From contig NC_058368.1 of the NCBI RefSeq assembly GCF_018350175.1, positions 84,322,001-84,386,000 of the forward strand: a stretch of 64,000 nt of DNA, given 5' to 3'. The position numbers and the translations under genes are program-made. Shown one piece after another: positions 12,001 to 24,600 of the stretch (position 1 is its first letter; each line of letters starts with the position of its first letter). Origin of the DNA: Felis catus. Taxonomy: Eukaryota. The notes below the pieces were generated by a model. That model did no database searches. It was not told where the DNA came from and saw only the letters and a program-made list of their open reading frames with translations.

Positions 12001-14299
12001 AACTTTAAAAAATGCAAAAGCAAACAGATTAAATTATAATACATTCCATTTAACTCAATGTAGACAAAATATTATAATTTTAATATGTTTTCAACATAAA
12101 TTATAAAACACTTTTACATTCTTTTTAATCTATGCCCTTGAAATCCTCATGCATCTGACGCTTAGGGTACATCTCAATTTGGCCAGCAGCATGTGACTCC
12201 CACATTGGACATTGTGGGCCTGGACGTTGGTGCACATGAGCAACCTGATTACTCACACAACCCAGTGTCCATAAGGTTACAACAAAACACTGTGGAACCA
12301 TAAGCAGCTGACATGGCTCACAGGAGCCCACAAGAGGCCTGGGGCCAGAGCCAGCACTACCTGACACACAAGAGATCAGGGTTTCACAGTGCCTTCCTAA
12401 CAAGGACATAGCCTTCAGTGGACAGAATCACCCCAAGGGCTCTCACAAAAGGCAATTCCTGTTAGGGTGAGAGACAACCTCTCCCACCGTGGGCCTAGTC
12501 TTCCTCTAGCTTTTTTAGGCCCACAATGGGTTTCAGACTATCTGGGAGATGAAGTGACAGTGCTTTCACAGCTCTTGCCAGAATATTCTCTTTCTCAACT
12601 CGTTCAAATTTGCTAGATAAGAAACAATGGAGTAGGGAATTAGAGGCAGAATTGAAAATGGATCAGGGACCTAACCTTGGATCTGGTTTTCCTGATATTG
12701 TGACCACCATCCTAGGGTTAAGGACATCTTCAGATGGATGCCTCAGAGAAGACAGGAGTACCATCAAACTAAAAAAACCACATTCCTGGTGGGAAAAGGA
12801 TATGCCTCAGGAGGCAATAAACTGATTCTGGAAAACAGAAGGAGGTGGGTAAAGGCCAGCCTGCAACATTCCCATGGGCAAACCAAGGTCCAAGACTGGA
12901 TCCCACTCAGTTCCACGGCCCAAAGTGCTCCCAGATCATCAAGATCAACAAGATCATCACAGGAATGAATGCCTCTCTACATAAGTCATCCCCACCGGAA
13001 AAAAGTATGTAAAGGGCTCTGACTGTTGGCAAACAGCAGGAGTAGGCACATCTTTCTAGAAGGGAACTTGCATCCACACAACATTTCCAGCAATTAAAAA
13101 AGTCTTTTGATGATGAGGTCTGCCCCTCAGTCACAAAGCTCTAACAGGACGAGACTGGGGAACAGAATAGGATAGATGGTAGGTGAGCAAGGGGGTCGGG
13201 GGAGGTGGGGGACAAGCAGGCTGAGGCAGACCCAGGGCAAGGCTAAGCGGGAAGCCAATGAGCACTCAGGGCTCTGTTTTGGGAAGTTGGCAACATAGTA
13301 CATTTGGCCTGCTCCACCAGGGACTCCTGGCACCTGGCTGAAATGGAAATTTGAATAGGATGAAGTCTGAGTCAGCAGGCATCATCCATCAGTGATCCCA
13401 CAGCCAGCAGGGAGGGTGACCTTCCCCAGACACGGCAGGCACATTCCCAGGATGCCAGGCCACTGAGTCAAAGGCATGGGTGCTCCATCTACAGATGTGC
13501 CTGCTCACCTTTTACAGGCTACTAAAACACACAAGCTCATGGTGATGCAGGGCCAGGGTGATGCATGGCTCAAGGACTAAGTAAGGGAAATATGACTATC
13601 CTGTGAGAGCTAAACGGATACTTCAGGTGAGGATGAAGAGGTTGCAAAGTCACTCTGAAGAGTCAAAGGAGGAGGTGAGTGACTGTATCCACTCACCTGA
13701 AGATGAATGTACCCATCATCACAAAGGGAACTGAGAAGTCACAGGGGAGGAGACCTAGGCCCACCCTAGCACCATCCTCCTTCACTCCTTCCCTCCACTG
13801 GGACCCTCTCTCAGAAAGCTGAGGACGAGCCAGAAAGCCTCAGAGAACTATGCTGACCTCAAGACATGGAGACTAAGACAGTGGCCTTCCCTGGGTGATA
13901 GCACACTCCAGGTCAGCCTAGAGGTGATCTCCAGCTGGCTTGCCTCCAAATTCCAGAGGTATCCCACCAGACAATGGGGACATGAACTGCCTGCCAAGAA
14001 ACCCCATTTCCCGTATCAGTAAGAGCCTTCTCCTAAGGGCAACCATTTCTGGGAATCCCAGAAAATACCTGAACAGAGTCCCTAGCCTTTGGGATATCCC
14101 TGGCTGAGTGGGCACATGTAGACTACATGTTAGAACCATTTCTCACCCCCAATGAGACAAGAATTCACATGTCTGGGCATGGCTCAGGAACAGGTATTTT
14201 TATTTTATTTTACTTTATTTTTTGTTTTATATTTTATTTTTATTTTTAGAGACAGAGAGAGACAACACATGCACTAGTGCACGAATGAGGAAGAGGGGC

Positions 14300-14330
<31 letters not shown>

Positions 14331-16860
14331 CTTAAGTAGGCTCACAGCACAGAGCCTGATGCAGGATTCAATCTCACAACCCTAGAATCATGACCTAAGC
14401 CAAAATCAAGAGTTGGACGCTCAACAGACTGAGCCACCCAGGTGCCCCAAGAACAGGTATTTTTAAAATTCGTTGGTGGATTAAGATGCATCTGTTGGCA
14501 GAGAATCACAGAATGCACTGAGAATCCATTTAAAGCAATGAAACAGAGTTACCAGGATAACATGGTCTTGTGTTATAAGAGGGAAGTCCCAATAAGAGGG
14601 ACCTCAAAAGACACACAGCAATCTCTTTCTTATCTAGAGGAGACCAAACCCAGAAAGGCTGAATGCTGCCAGCTTCCTCCCTGAAGAGTACCCCTCACAT
14701 CAGGCTGCCTCTTCCACATGGCAAGAAGATGCAGAATCCCTGCTAAGGGCAGAGTACTGGCCCAGCCATCAGTGTGCCATAGAAGGGGGAAGCCTCTACA
14801 ACAAGACCTTTCCTCCCCACATTACCCACACCATTCCACAATGTGCCTCCCAGTTTAGCAAGAGAGATTATGATCTGCCTGTCCCTCTTGCTCCAATTAA
14901 CAACACTGCAAGCTCCCTGGAATTAAGGCAAATCTAGGCCTGCTCGATATTCTTCAACCCTCACAGAGCTCTTCTAATAGAACTATGTTCTACTTCTACA
15001 ATACCAACAGCAGCTGGGGAACTGCATTTTTATTTAATTTTAACTGATTTTACTTAAGTAACCACGTGTGGCTAATAGCTACTTCAGTGAACAGCAAAAC
15101 ATGAGAGTGACTCTTCGTACTACCGCCTTTGCCTGTGTGGGTGCTGGAAAAATACACAGGAGCAGGAGAGACTGAGCAAAGAAACCACAGTAGATCCTCC
15201 CCTGGAGCAGAGCAAGGAATGTTGGGAGAAGGTGTATGAAGCACACCATACAGTCCTCCTCCCAACAGAACAGACAGGGGTCTGTTTCCCAAAATACTAC
15301 CTCCAAACTTTCACCAAGAGATAAGCAAAAGAGTTGTAACAGAAAAGAATCATAGGACTATGTCAGAGCAGAGTGAGCAGTTGTGCAAATAAACTGGACC
15401 AACCCCTCACTTTATAGATGAAGTTAGTGAGGCTTAGACATTACATAACTTGCATGAAAATCACAAATCATGAGGCTGGAGGTTGTTTCAATCTCAGGCC
15501 AATGTGTTTTTCACTATAACTTACTTCCTCAGTAGATGACAAATCTGTACAATTAGCAGAAGAAATTGAGCTGTTTTCAATGCAACACCCATGAGATAGG
15601 GTGGAAATAAATTACTGACTCATGCCAGTAGATGAATGGCTCACTGCATCTCCCATATAAGCATGGAGTTCCTCTGCCCAACATCCAGGGAACCCCCACC
15701 GAGAGGGCAGGAAGGATGTGAGGACCAGATTTGATTTCTTCTTGACTCACTGAAGCAATCTAATAAAGGTTTGTTGACAGAGAAGCCCAGGAATGCAAGC
15801 CCTGAGATGTTCTTGCTCACCTACAGAGGTGTGAGTCACCTCCACATCAGAATCTTGGAGATGCTATGAGACCTTATGGCAGACTGAGCCCCAAACACAC
15901 AAGCACTTCCTGCCCTCACCTACCCAAGCTGCTTTCCCAGGAAACCCTTCCCAGCCAATGCACGTCAACACTACAATCCCACCTCAGCCGACCATGCATC
16001 TCCTCCCCATGGTCTCTGTCCTCACCCACTGCTCCTTCACAAAGATCTGCCCATCCTACCAACTACTAGCCTGTAAACACTCCAAGGCAATAAGTCAGCT
16101 TTTCCATTCATTTGGTATAACCAGCATCCTCAGAACTCGGAATCCGTATTAAGGACGGACCATGGCTGATACAACTCCATAAACACATCAGATTTCCTTA
16201 CAGGCCTCCATCTGTTGAGGCGTTGTAAAACATGAAATGTCTCACCCTTTACAGATGTGAACATCCCTGGGAGGCACTAATGAGAAGATGACAAAAGAGA
16301 AGATTCAAAAGTGCCTCCCACTCATACCGCATCTCTGGGCCAACAGCCACTTTACTTATTTAGAAAGAAAAATAGTTTTACTCTCCACTGACCGAAATGA
16401 GGCCCTGCATCTGAGGCCAATTTGTTGCTTCCCTTTGTCAGTTAAGCCTTCAGCAGCACACCCCAGGCACTCAGGCCCAGGCCTTTCTCTGCACTCCACA
16501 CACAGCTCTTTTAGAACTTGTCACACTATCCTGCAATGATTTGCTGACAAACTTGTTTTCCTTTCCTGCCCCAGCGCACTGGGGAGAGAATAAATCTAAT
16601 CCCTCATTTATCAGACAGCTCTTCAGGAAAACTGGAATCTGGGCTCCCTGTCTCTCCTTTCCCTTTAGTTTTCTCACCTGTATTCGAGGATCCAGTTCTT
16701 CCTCCTCTCTTGGAGACAATTTGGTCTCACTGCTGTTGTTTCCACCTCTTCCCGGCTCCTCTGCGACCGGGCTCCGGGGGACTTCATCCTCTACAACCTC
16801 AGACCGAAGTTCCCCCTGCGGGGTCTCCCGCCCCCCTGGAACCTGCCTGAATTCAGCCAT
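5581..16860 (-). CDS. SH3BP5L: SH3 domain-binding protein 5-like (Rab11 GEF family), spliced CDS, 393 aa
   Basis: Exons 16678-16860, 9971-10033, 9677-9805, 7818-7979, 6625-6798 and 5581-6051 join in frame through GT-AG phase-0 introns (61+21+43+54+58+156 aa). SH3BP5 coiled-coil motifs LDPRIQEELEHLN, IEKARPYYE and IGKSRPYFE are present. Confidence 0.97.
6625..6798 (-). CDS. SH3BP5L: SH3BP5L coding exon 5 (VNEAEE...FSQILE)
   Basis: 174 nt within ORF 6589-6810; CAG acceptor, GAG|GTAAGG donor. Confidence 0.95.
6890..7245 (+). mobile_element. MaLR solo LTR (MLT1A-like)
   Basis: AATTCATGTTGCAATCCTCACCCC...GTGATGGTATT...TGTGAGAAATAAA...TTAAGCCAC motifs. Confidence 0.7.
7180..7442. repeat. Tandem duplication, two copies of about 132 bp
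   Basis: 7180-7310 and 7313-7442 are near-identical. Confidence 0.92.
7818..7979 (-). CDS. SH3BP5L: SH3BP5L coding exon 4 (AQQETQ...NHATCK)
   Basis: 162 nt within ORF 7647-8120; TTCCAG acceptor, AAG|GTGAGC donor. Confidence 0.95.
8196..8391 (+). mobile_element. CAN-SINE
   Basis: tRNA-derived head, CT-rich body, A tail, TSD about AA(A/G)GACTGGA. Confidence 0.9.
8905..9395 (+). mobile_element. ERVL-type solo LTR (MER74-like)
   Basis: CAAACCAACCAATCCA...CCTACCCTGCCTT...TAAAGGCTCT...GTGCTTCCCC...GTAATAAACT motifs (recalled consensus). Confidence 0.6.
9677..9805 (-). CDS. SH3BP5L: SH3BP5L coding exon 3 (EARTTY...RRLAKE)
   Basis: 129 nt within ORF 9470-9826; CAG acceptor, GAG|GTATGG donor. Confidence 0.95.
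9971..10033 (-). CDS. SH3BP5L: SH3BP5L coding exon 2 (EELEHLNQASEEINQVELQLD)
   Basis: 63 nt, CAG acceptor, GAT|GTGAGT donor; read manually, not in the ORF track. Confidence 0.95.
11105..11338 (+). mobile_element. CAN-SINE with 17-bp TSD
   Basis: TSD AAGGATCTCACTGGCCC at 11086-11102 and 11339-11355. Confidence 0.93.
11765..12215. mobile_element. MER33-like hAT relic split by a SINE
   Basis: AT-rich sequence similar to the 33710-34165 copy. Confidence 0.5.
11823..12007 (+). mobile_element. CAN-SINE
   Basis: TSD AAAAATGCAAAAG. Confidence 0.9.
14196..14448 (-). mobile_element. CAN-SINE
   Basis: TSD GAACAGGTATTTTTA; (GA)n body on plus. Confidence 0.9.
15380..15520. mobile_element. MIR fragment
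   Basis: CCTCACTTTATAGATGAAG...TGAGGCTTAGA core. Confidence 0.5.
16678..16860 (-). CDS. SH3BP5L: SH3BP5L coding exon 1 (MAEFRQ...LDPRIQ)
   Basis: ATG at 16860 in context AGCATGG; donor CAG|GTGAGA at 16677. Confidence 0.95.
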
Positions 16861-17287
16861 GCTAATGGGGAGAGGGCACAGCCCTATGCACAAGAGAGGA
16901 CTGACATGGTGGGACCAGGGCCCCAGCTTGGGGCTTCCCGGGCTCCAGGTAACAAGAAGAGTTTCTCTTCTCAAAGGGTGTAAAAAGGGACACAGGAATG
17001 ACCTCACACTGGGTTAGAGGCCAAGATTCACGTTGTCAGCGGGGTTCCTAGAGCTACAGCCTTGTCGGTGCAAAAGTTCTTCCGTCCCCGTCGCGAGGAG
17101 TCCACCAGGAGAAACCCGGAGCAACCGCTCCGAGGCAGGGGGCAAAGGGGGTTTGGATCCTGGGCCGAGGCCTTCGAGGAGTAGCACCATTCGGGAGGGC
17201 GGAGGCAGGCGCCTCCAGGCTGTGGTGGCAACTGGAGAGAGAAGGCTGGGCCCGAACCGAGGCTGCGGGATGACAGTCTCTGGGGAG
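16861..17287 (-). other. SH3BP5L: SH3BP5L 5' UTR part of exon 2
   Basis: Acceptor GTTTCCCTTGCAG| ends at 17288; upstream exon-1 donor GAG|GTAAGG at 17760. Confidence 0.65.
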
Positions 17288-18700
17288 CTGCAAGGGAAAC
17301 AAAGGCCAAGTACAGGGGCAGCATCAGAACACAGGCCACCAGCCCCTTCCAACCCCTCAACCTCCCAAGAACTTCACTCTCTTCCTTTCACACCCCGCTA
17401 TTCTGACCAGCCCCCACCGCGAGTACTTTCCTCAGCCCTCAAGGACTTGAGATCCTACACCTCCCGCGTCCCAGCTCCGCTCGCCCAGCCCCTCCCGATC
17501 TGCGCTTTCCAGACTTCCTTCGGATATCTCCCCATCTCCTCCATCCTCCCTTTTCTTCCGCCCTCCCACACTCCACACCCGCCGGGCTTTGCAATTCACC
17601 TAGTAACCCCCAGCCCCGCCCCACCTCCTCTCTCCAAACAGGCGGACAATACGAGCCTCCAGGCTCCAACCCCACAATCTTCCTCAGTCCCGAAGACCCT
17701 ACCCCCAGACCTCCTACACAACCGGACGGAAAGCCCCGGGCCCCAGACACAGAACCTTACCTCAGTTTACCTTCCCGTACACTGAGCTCCTTCACTGCAA
17801 ACAATCTTCCCCCTCCCTCCCCGCAACAAGCTAGCTAGTACAACCAAAAGCTACTGGGCCGAGAGGAAGCGGAAATACATCATGCGCTAACAACGCCCTC
17901 CAGCCCTTTCGCCCCTCCCCCCACACTCTACTGGCCAGCCGGGCCACGTCTGGATTCCCGTACCTCGTCCCCGCCCGGCGTTTGGTTTCCGGTTTCCGTA
18001 CAAAATGATGCCCTATGGTACTCATGGTCGCTGCCTGGAGCTGCCTCCAACCCATCTTCCACCCAAGATTAATGATACTGAAATATGAACGTGTTGTGGT
18101 GAGAAAAATTAGATCTGGTTATGAGAGTTCGGAGTCCCTTGTGGGTATGGAGGTAGTAGAAATAAAACGAAAATTGGACAATCGCTTTAGTCGGAGTGCT
18201 GCCATCTTGTTTTACGCTCTGCGGCTCTGGCGGCCGGAAAGCTACTTCCGGCCTCGCCCAGGAAGTCAGAAGCGGCGCCAGAAGTGAACTTGTTGGCTTC
18301 TGCCGGGGCAGCGGGACGGCTCGGATCCAGGTCAAGCGCACTCTTTATTTGGCACGTACGGTCGTTTTGCAGAAGTAACTATCGGTAATCACTTTGGTGA
18401 AGTCAGCGAGGTCCTTAGTAACGACGTTTAAAACGGACAGCCCTGATAAGTAACCGGTCTCCTCGAGGCTTCCGGCCGGCGCTATCGCCGTGACCCCGGC
18501 GCTCTGCCTCTCCAGCCCTTCACGGAGCCGGGCCCTGTCCCGCAGACCACGGTTTCCCTCTTGAGCACTAATTAGAAACCTAGGCAACCTGAATTCCGTG
18601 CTTAAAAGCCCGCGAGGAGTTTGTTATATCAATGAAAAGACTTGACCTGAACGACCTGATGGTCACTCCCAGGTATCTCCAGGCAAGGCTACGAGGAAGA
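17030..18700. promoter_or_regulatory. SH3BP5L: CpG island and SH3BP5L promoter with non-coding exon 1 (3' end at 17761), probably bidirectional
   Basis: High CpG density; several ETS (CGGAA/GGAAG) motifs near 17865, 17990 and 18234-18266; YY1-like GCCATCTT at 18201. Confidence 0.8.
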
Positions 18701-19514
18701 CTTGAGGATTCACGTTTTGTTTTTGCAAAAGACCTTACTTATCCTAGGTGGAGAAGGCAAATGAACTGAATGTCCTTTCTTCCCTTTGGTTCTCTCCCTG
18801 TAGAGCCAAGTATATTCCTTTAAAAGTGGTATTTTTTTCCCCACAAAATTGGAAATTTTATTTTTTTATTTCTACAAGTAGCTTCTCCAGTGAGTCAGCC
18901 TGGAGATCTCCGTTAACAGTGTCTAAGTGGACAGGTATTATGGATAATAACACCTGTCTTCTATCACATTGCTTTTGTTAGTAAGGTAGTCATGAAAATT
19001 ACACATAGAAATCAGAAACAATGTATTTATTTGTTCTCTGCTAGTAACTTTAATTTTTCTTATATAATGACTCCCATTTTACCCAACCGTCTTCTATCTA
19101 ATCTAGCCTGAGTTCTCCCAGCCTTTTCTATCCAGTACTGCTCCAGTGTCTGTCAACCTTATACCTTGTCCTACAGCTCCTTTTCCCTGTGCATTGTCAT
19201 TAGCAATCGTGAGCTGCTTCTAGTTGCCATGTATTTTTCTTGTATTTGGTGGGATAACAACATGAATATATGTAATGCCCAGACTACCCCTAGATCACAT
19301 CCTGAAAGTCAGTAGCCTCCCTGATGTCTCCACTGGCCTTTCCTGGGGTTAACTCTCGCTGAGACCAAATGTAATATCATGTATTGATTGTAGTATCTAC
19401 AGCATTATCCAAATGTTTGGATAACGTTTCAAGTAGGAGTAGGTTGGAGAGCAGTGTACACCGGCTTGTTTTATTGAGGCCAGCACAGACATGATGAATT
19501 AAAACTTTTTCTAA

Positions 19515-19922
19515 AACAGCACTCTCATGTAGACTTTTCTGCAATGATAGAAATGTTCTCTGTCAGGCCTGAATAATATGGCAGCCTCTAGCCACATGTG
19601 GCCATAGAGCACTTAAAGTACAGCAAGTATTATTAAGGAACAGCATTTTAAAATTTAATTCTAATTTAAATAGGGGCATCTGGGCGGCTCAGTTGGTTAA
19701 GCATCCGATTTGGTTTCAGCTTAGGTCATGATCTCATGGTTCATGAGTTCGAGCCCCACATTGTGCTCTGTGCTGACAGTGCACAGGCTGCTTGGGATTC
19801 TCTGCCTCTCTCTGCCCCTCTCCTGCTCATGCTGTCTCTGTCTCTCTCAAAATAAATAAACTTAAAAAAATTAATTCTAATTCAAATAGCCATAGGTGAT
19901 TCCATTGGACAGCACAGTTCTA
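19515..19922. mobile_element. MER3-like hAT relic containing a CAN-SINE (19673-19870, plus strand)
   Basis: AGACTTTTCTGCAATGATAGAAATGTTCT...TAGCCACATGTGGC; SINE TSD about TTAATTCTAATT(T/C)AAATA. Confidence 0.7.
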
Positions 19923-21009
19923 GAGTGTACTTTTCCTATATCTCTTCCAGACACATGTTGAACTTTCGCATCTTCAATACAAAACAAATGTCTCTCCGCT
20001 GTCATTCATCTCATCTCTACTTCCTCCTCTCCCATTTACTTCTGCAGTCTGGCTTCTGCTTCTGCCAATGCACAGAAATTGCAGACAAGGTCATCCATGC
20101 TCTGAATAACACCAAATGACTGATATCTGATACTGGATTATTTATTCTCTCTCATCCTTCTTTAGCTTCTGAGTCACCCTTGTCCTGGGTTTCCTCTTAT
20201 TTTTCTGGCCCATTGATTTATTCTCTTCATGCATTATGTCTTTACTAAGTGTCTAGTATGTGCCAGGATTTTAGGTGATGAGGAAAAGGACACTTGTTCC
20301 AGTTTGCATGTAACTTATAGTCTGTGGTACTCATTTTATAAATCAGTTGACATTCAAACTAGTTGGACTACAACCCAAAAATGTTTTACCTTGTAACGCA
20401 GTTTACATATCATTGTGTAACATTTATTTATAAAAAAAGTTTCAGGGAAAGATCTGAAAGGTCTTTACTTAAATTATACGCAAAGTATATTAATATTTTA
20501 ATGCTAGTGGAGACCTATTCTGCTGATTTCATGACCTGCTAATGTTTGAAAACCTTACCCAAAATGCAAGGGCCTCTGATGCTAGTCTCTGACCATCTCA
20601 TGCATCCTGCTTTCTCAGAGCCCTCACCTAAGTGTATGGCCCCTATTCATGGCCACTGTTCTTTCCTTGGAAGTCTGTCTCCATCCAGACTCCCCACAGA
20701 TCACATTCTGAGATCCAGCAGCTTCTCAGACCATTGACCTATACAAGGGTTGCTTCTCACTGAGTACAAATCTGATTTCATCCTCTTTCCTAAATCCTGC
20801 TTCTATATTACTTTGTTGGTGAATGAACCATCTACCCGTTTACCTAGGGTGAGAAACAGAAGACTTCCTAAATGAATCACCCTATCTTTACTCTGTAGTA
20901 CATTAAGTATCTCAATAGATCTGTTGTCTCCATGTGATTGTGATTGCTTCAGTTTAGACCTTCCCCACCTCTACTGTAGATAATGTACCTCAAGAGTCTT
21001 CAAGTCAAT

Positions 21010-21355
21010 TCTGTCCAATAGAACTTTCAGCAATAATAGACATTTCTGTATCTGCACTGCCCAATATAGTTGGTATTCACTAACCATGTGTGGGACTCTT
21101 GAAATCTTAAAATGTGGCTAGTGCAACTAAACTAAATTTTTGATGTAAGTTTAAATAGCCATTAAAACTATTTAAATAGCCTTAAGCGTGGGGGCACCTG
21201 ACGGTTAAGTCAGTGGAGCATGTGACTCTTGATCTTGGGGTTGTGAGTTCGAGCCCCACGTTGGGTGTAGAAATTACTGAAAAATATAATCTTTAAAATA
21301 ATAAGAGATAGATAGCCATATGTGGCTAGTGACTAACATAGTGGACAGCACAGGT
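21010..21355. mobile_element. MER3-like relic containing a short tRNA-Lys-like SINE (21190-21300, plus strand)
   Basis: CTGTCCAATAGAACTTTC...GTGGACAGCACAG termini; the insert resembles tRNA-Lys(CTT) plus an A-rich tail. Confidence 0.7.
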
Positions 21356-21605
21356 CTACATGATCTCCCCACCACAAGTGCACCCCCTTTCTGACCCTGA
21401 CACAGGTAAACAACCAACCAACCCCTGTTGACAAAGTCAGTTAATGAAATATGAAAATACAAAAGCCATATAAAGTTGTCAGTAACACCATCAGTTACTA
21501 GGTAGTATAACAAGTCAATTCTTTCTTGGTAAACTAAATTTTCTCAAGCTTTTATTAGTAATTTTTATTTTTAATTTGTTCACAGAAATGCTCTAAATTG
21601 CCTTC

Positions 21606-24600
21606 TTTTTTTTTTTTTTAATTTAAAGTCATGTTTGTTAAAATACAGTGTAGTATTGGTTTCAGGAGTAAAATTTAGTGATTCACCACTTGTATATAGC
21701 AGCCAGAGTTTATCCCAGCAAGTACCTTTAATGCTCATCACCCATTTAGGGCCATCTCCCACCCAAGTCCCTACATCAACCCTCAGTTTGTTCTCTATAT
21801 TTAAGAGTCTCATGGTTTGCCTCCCTCTGTTTGTTTGTTTTTAACATTTTCTTTCAAGATTACTTATTTTGAGGGACAGAACACGAGCAGGGGAGGGGCA
21901 GAGAGAGGGTGACAGAATCCCAAGCAGGCCCCACGCTGCCAGCACACAGCTTGATGTTGGGCTTGAACCCATGAACCGTGAGATCATGACCCAAGCCAAA
22001 ATCAGGAGTCGGACACTCAATTGACTGAGCCACCCAGGCACCCCAGCTTCCCTCTGCTTTTATCTTTTTATTTTTCCTACCCTTCCTCTGTGTTTATCTG
22101 TTTTGTTTCTTAAATTCCACATATGAGATCATGTGATATTTGTCTTTCTCTGATTGACTTATTAACTTAGCATAATACAGTGTAGTTCCATCTATGTTGT
22201 TGCAAATGGCAACATTTCGTTTTTTTTGTTGCTGAGTAATATTCCATTGTATATACCACATCTTTTTTAGCAATTCATCAGTCGGTGGACATTTGGATTC
22301 CATAATTTGGCTCTTGATAGTGTTGCTATAAACATTGGGGTGTATGTGCCCCTTTGAGTTAGCATTTTTGTATCCTTTGGATAAATACCAGGTAGTGGAA
22401 TTGCTGGGTAATAGGGTAGTTCTATTTTTAACTTTTGGAGGAAACTCCACACTGTTTTCTAGAGTAGCTGCACCAATTTGCATTCCCACCAACAGGGTAA
22501 GAGGGTTCCCCTTTCTCTGCATCCACTCCAACACCTTTTTCCTGAGTTCTCAATTTTAGCCATTCTGACATGTGAGGTGGTATCTCATTATGGTTTTGAT
22601 TTGTATTTCCCTGATGATGAATGATGTTGAGCATCTTTTCATGTGTCTGTTAACTATCTGGATGTCGTCTTTGGAAAAGTGTCTATTCATGTCTTCTGCC
22701 CATTTCTTAATTGGATTATTTGTTTTTTGGGTGTTGAGTTTGATAAGTTCTTTATAGATTTTGGATACCAACCCTTTACCAGATATGTCATTTGCAAATA
22801 TATTCTCCTATTCCATTGATTGTCTTTTAGTTTTGCTGATTATTTACTTTGCTGTGCAGAAGGTTTTTATCTTGATGAGTTCCCAATAGTTCATATTTGC
22901 TTTTGTTTCCCTTGCCTCTGGAGACATTTCTAGTAGGAAGTTGCTGCAGCCGAAGTCAAAGAGGTTGTTAAAGCCTTTGTTCTCCCCTACAATTTTGATG
23001 GTTTCCTGTGTTACCGTTAGGTATTTCATCCGTTTTGATTTTCTTTTTGTGTATGGTGTAAGAAATTGGTCCATTTTAATTCTGCATTTCGCTGTCCAGT
23101 TTTCCCAGCACCATTTGTTGAAGAAACTGTCTTTTTTCCATTGGATATTCTTTCCTGCTTTGTTGAAGATTAGTTGGCCATACATTTATGGGTACATTTC
23201 TGGGTTCTCTATTCTGTCCATTGATCTATATTCTGGTTTTGTGCCAGTACCATACTGTCTTGATGATTACAGCTTTGTGATACAGCTTGAAGTCTGGGAT
23301 TGTGATGCCTCCTGCTTTGTTTTTCTTTTTCAAGATTACTTTGGCTATTAGGAGTCTTTTCGGATTCCATACAAATGTTAGGATTGTTTGTTCTAGCCCC
23401 GTGAAAACTGCTGGTGTTATTTTGATAGAGATTGCTTTGGGTAGTATAGACATTTTCACGATATTTATTCTTCCAACCCATGAACATGGAATGTTTTTGC
23501 ATTTCTTTGTGTCTTCTTCAATTTCCTTCATAAGCAATGTAGGTTTTCAGAGTAAAGATCTTTTGCCTCTTTGGTCAGGTTTATTCCCAGGTATCTTAAA
23601 ATTTGGGTGTAATTGTAAATAGAATTGATTCCTTGATTTCTCTTTCTGTTGCTTCATTAATGGAGTATAGCAATGTGACAGATTTTCATACATTGATTTT
23701 ATATCTTGCAACTTTGCTGAATTTATGTATCAGTTTTAGCAGTTTTTTGGTGGAATCTTTTGGGTTTTCCACTTAGAGTATTATGTCCTCTGTGAAGAGT
23801 GAAAGTTTTACTTCTTCCTTGCCTATTTGGATACCTTTTATTTTTTTGTTGTTGTTGTCTGATTGCTGAGGCTAAGACTTCCAGTACTATGTTAAACAAC
23901 AGTGGTGAAAGTAGGTATCCCTGTCCTGTTCCTCACCTTAGGGGGAAAGCTGTCAGTTTTTCCTCATTGAGGATGATAGTAGCTCTGAGTCTTTCCCATA
24001 TGGCCTTTATGATGTTGAGGTATGTTCCTTCTCTTCCTACTTTCTTTAGGGTTTCTATCAAGAAAGGATGTTGTATTTTGTCAAATGCTTTTTCTGTATC
24101 TATTGAGAGCATCATATGGTTCTTATCCTTTCTTTTATTAATGAGGTATATCAGGTTGATTGATGTGTAGATATTAAACCACCTCTGCAGCCCAGAAATA
24201 AATCCTACTTGATCATGGTGAATACTTCTTTTAATGTATTGTTGGATTCAAATTGCTAGTATCTTTTTGAGAATTTTGCAACCATGATCATCAGGGAAAT
24301 TTTTCTGTAATTCTCCTTTTTAGTGGGGTCTTTGTCTGGTTTTGTCATTCATTTTGGCCTCAATGAATGAGTTTGGAAGTTGTCCTTCCATTTCTATTTT
24401 TGGAACATTCTCAAAAAATAGCTATTACTTCTTTAAATGTTTGGTAAAACTCCCTTGGACTCCTGTTGGTTGGGAGATTTTTGATTACTAATTCAATTTC
24501 TTTCCTGTTATGGGTCTGTTCAAATTTTCTGTTTCTTCCTGTTTCAAATTTTTATAGTTTATATGTTGCTAGGAATTTATCCATTTCTTCCAGATTGCCC

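Noticed and set aside
12907..13142. Cryptic SH3BP5L intronic exon or 75-aa ORF
   Set aside because: An acceptor-like site exists, but no convincing donor or homology.
17033..17785. 250-aa plus-strand ORF
   Set aside because: Antisense to the SH3BP5L 5' region in a GC-rich island, non-ATG start, low-complexity Pro/Gly/Ser content, no domain.
21190..21270. Apparent tRNA-Lys(CTT) gene
   Set aside because: GGGGCACCTG SINE head, mismatched stems and an A-rich tail; a short SINE inside a MER3 relic.
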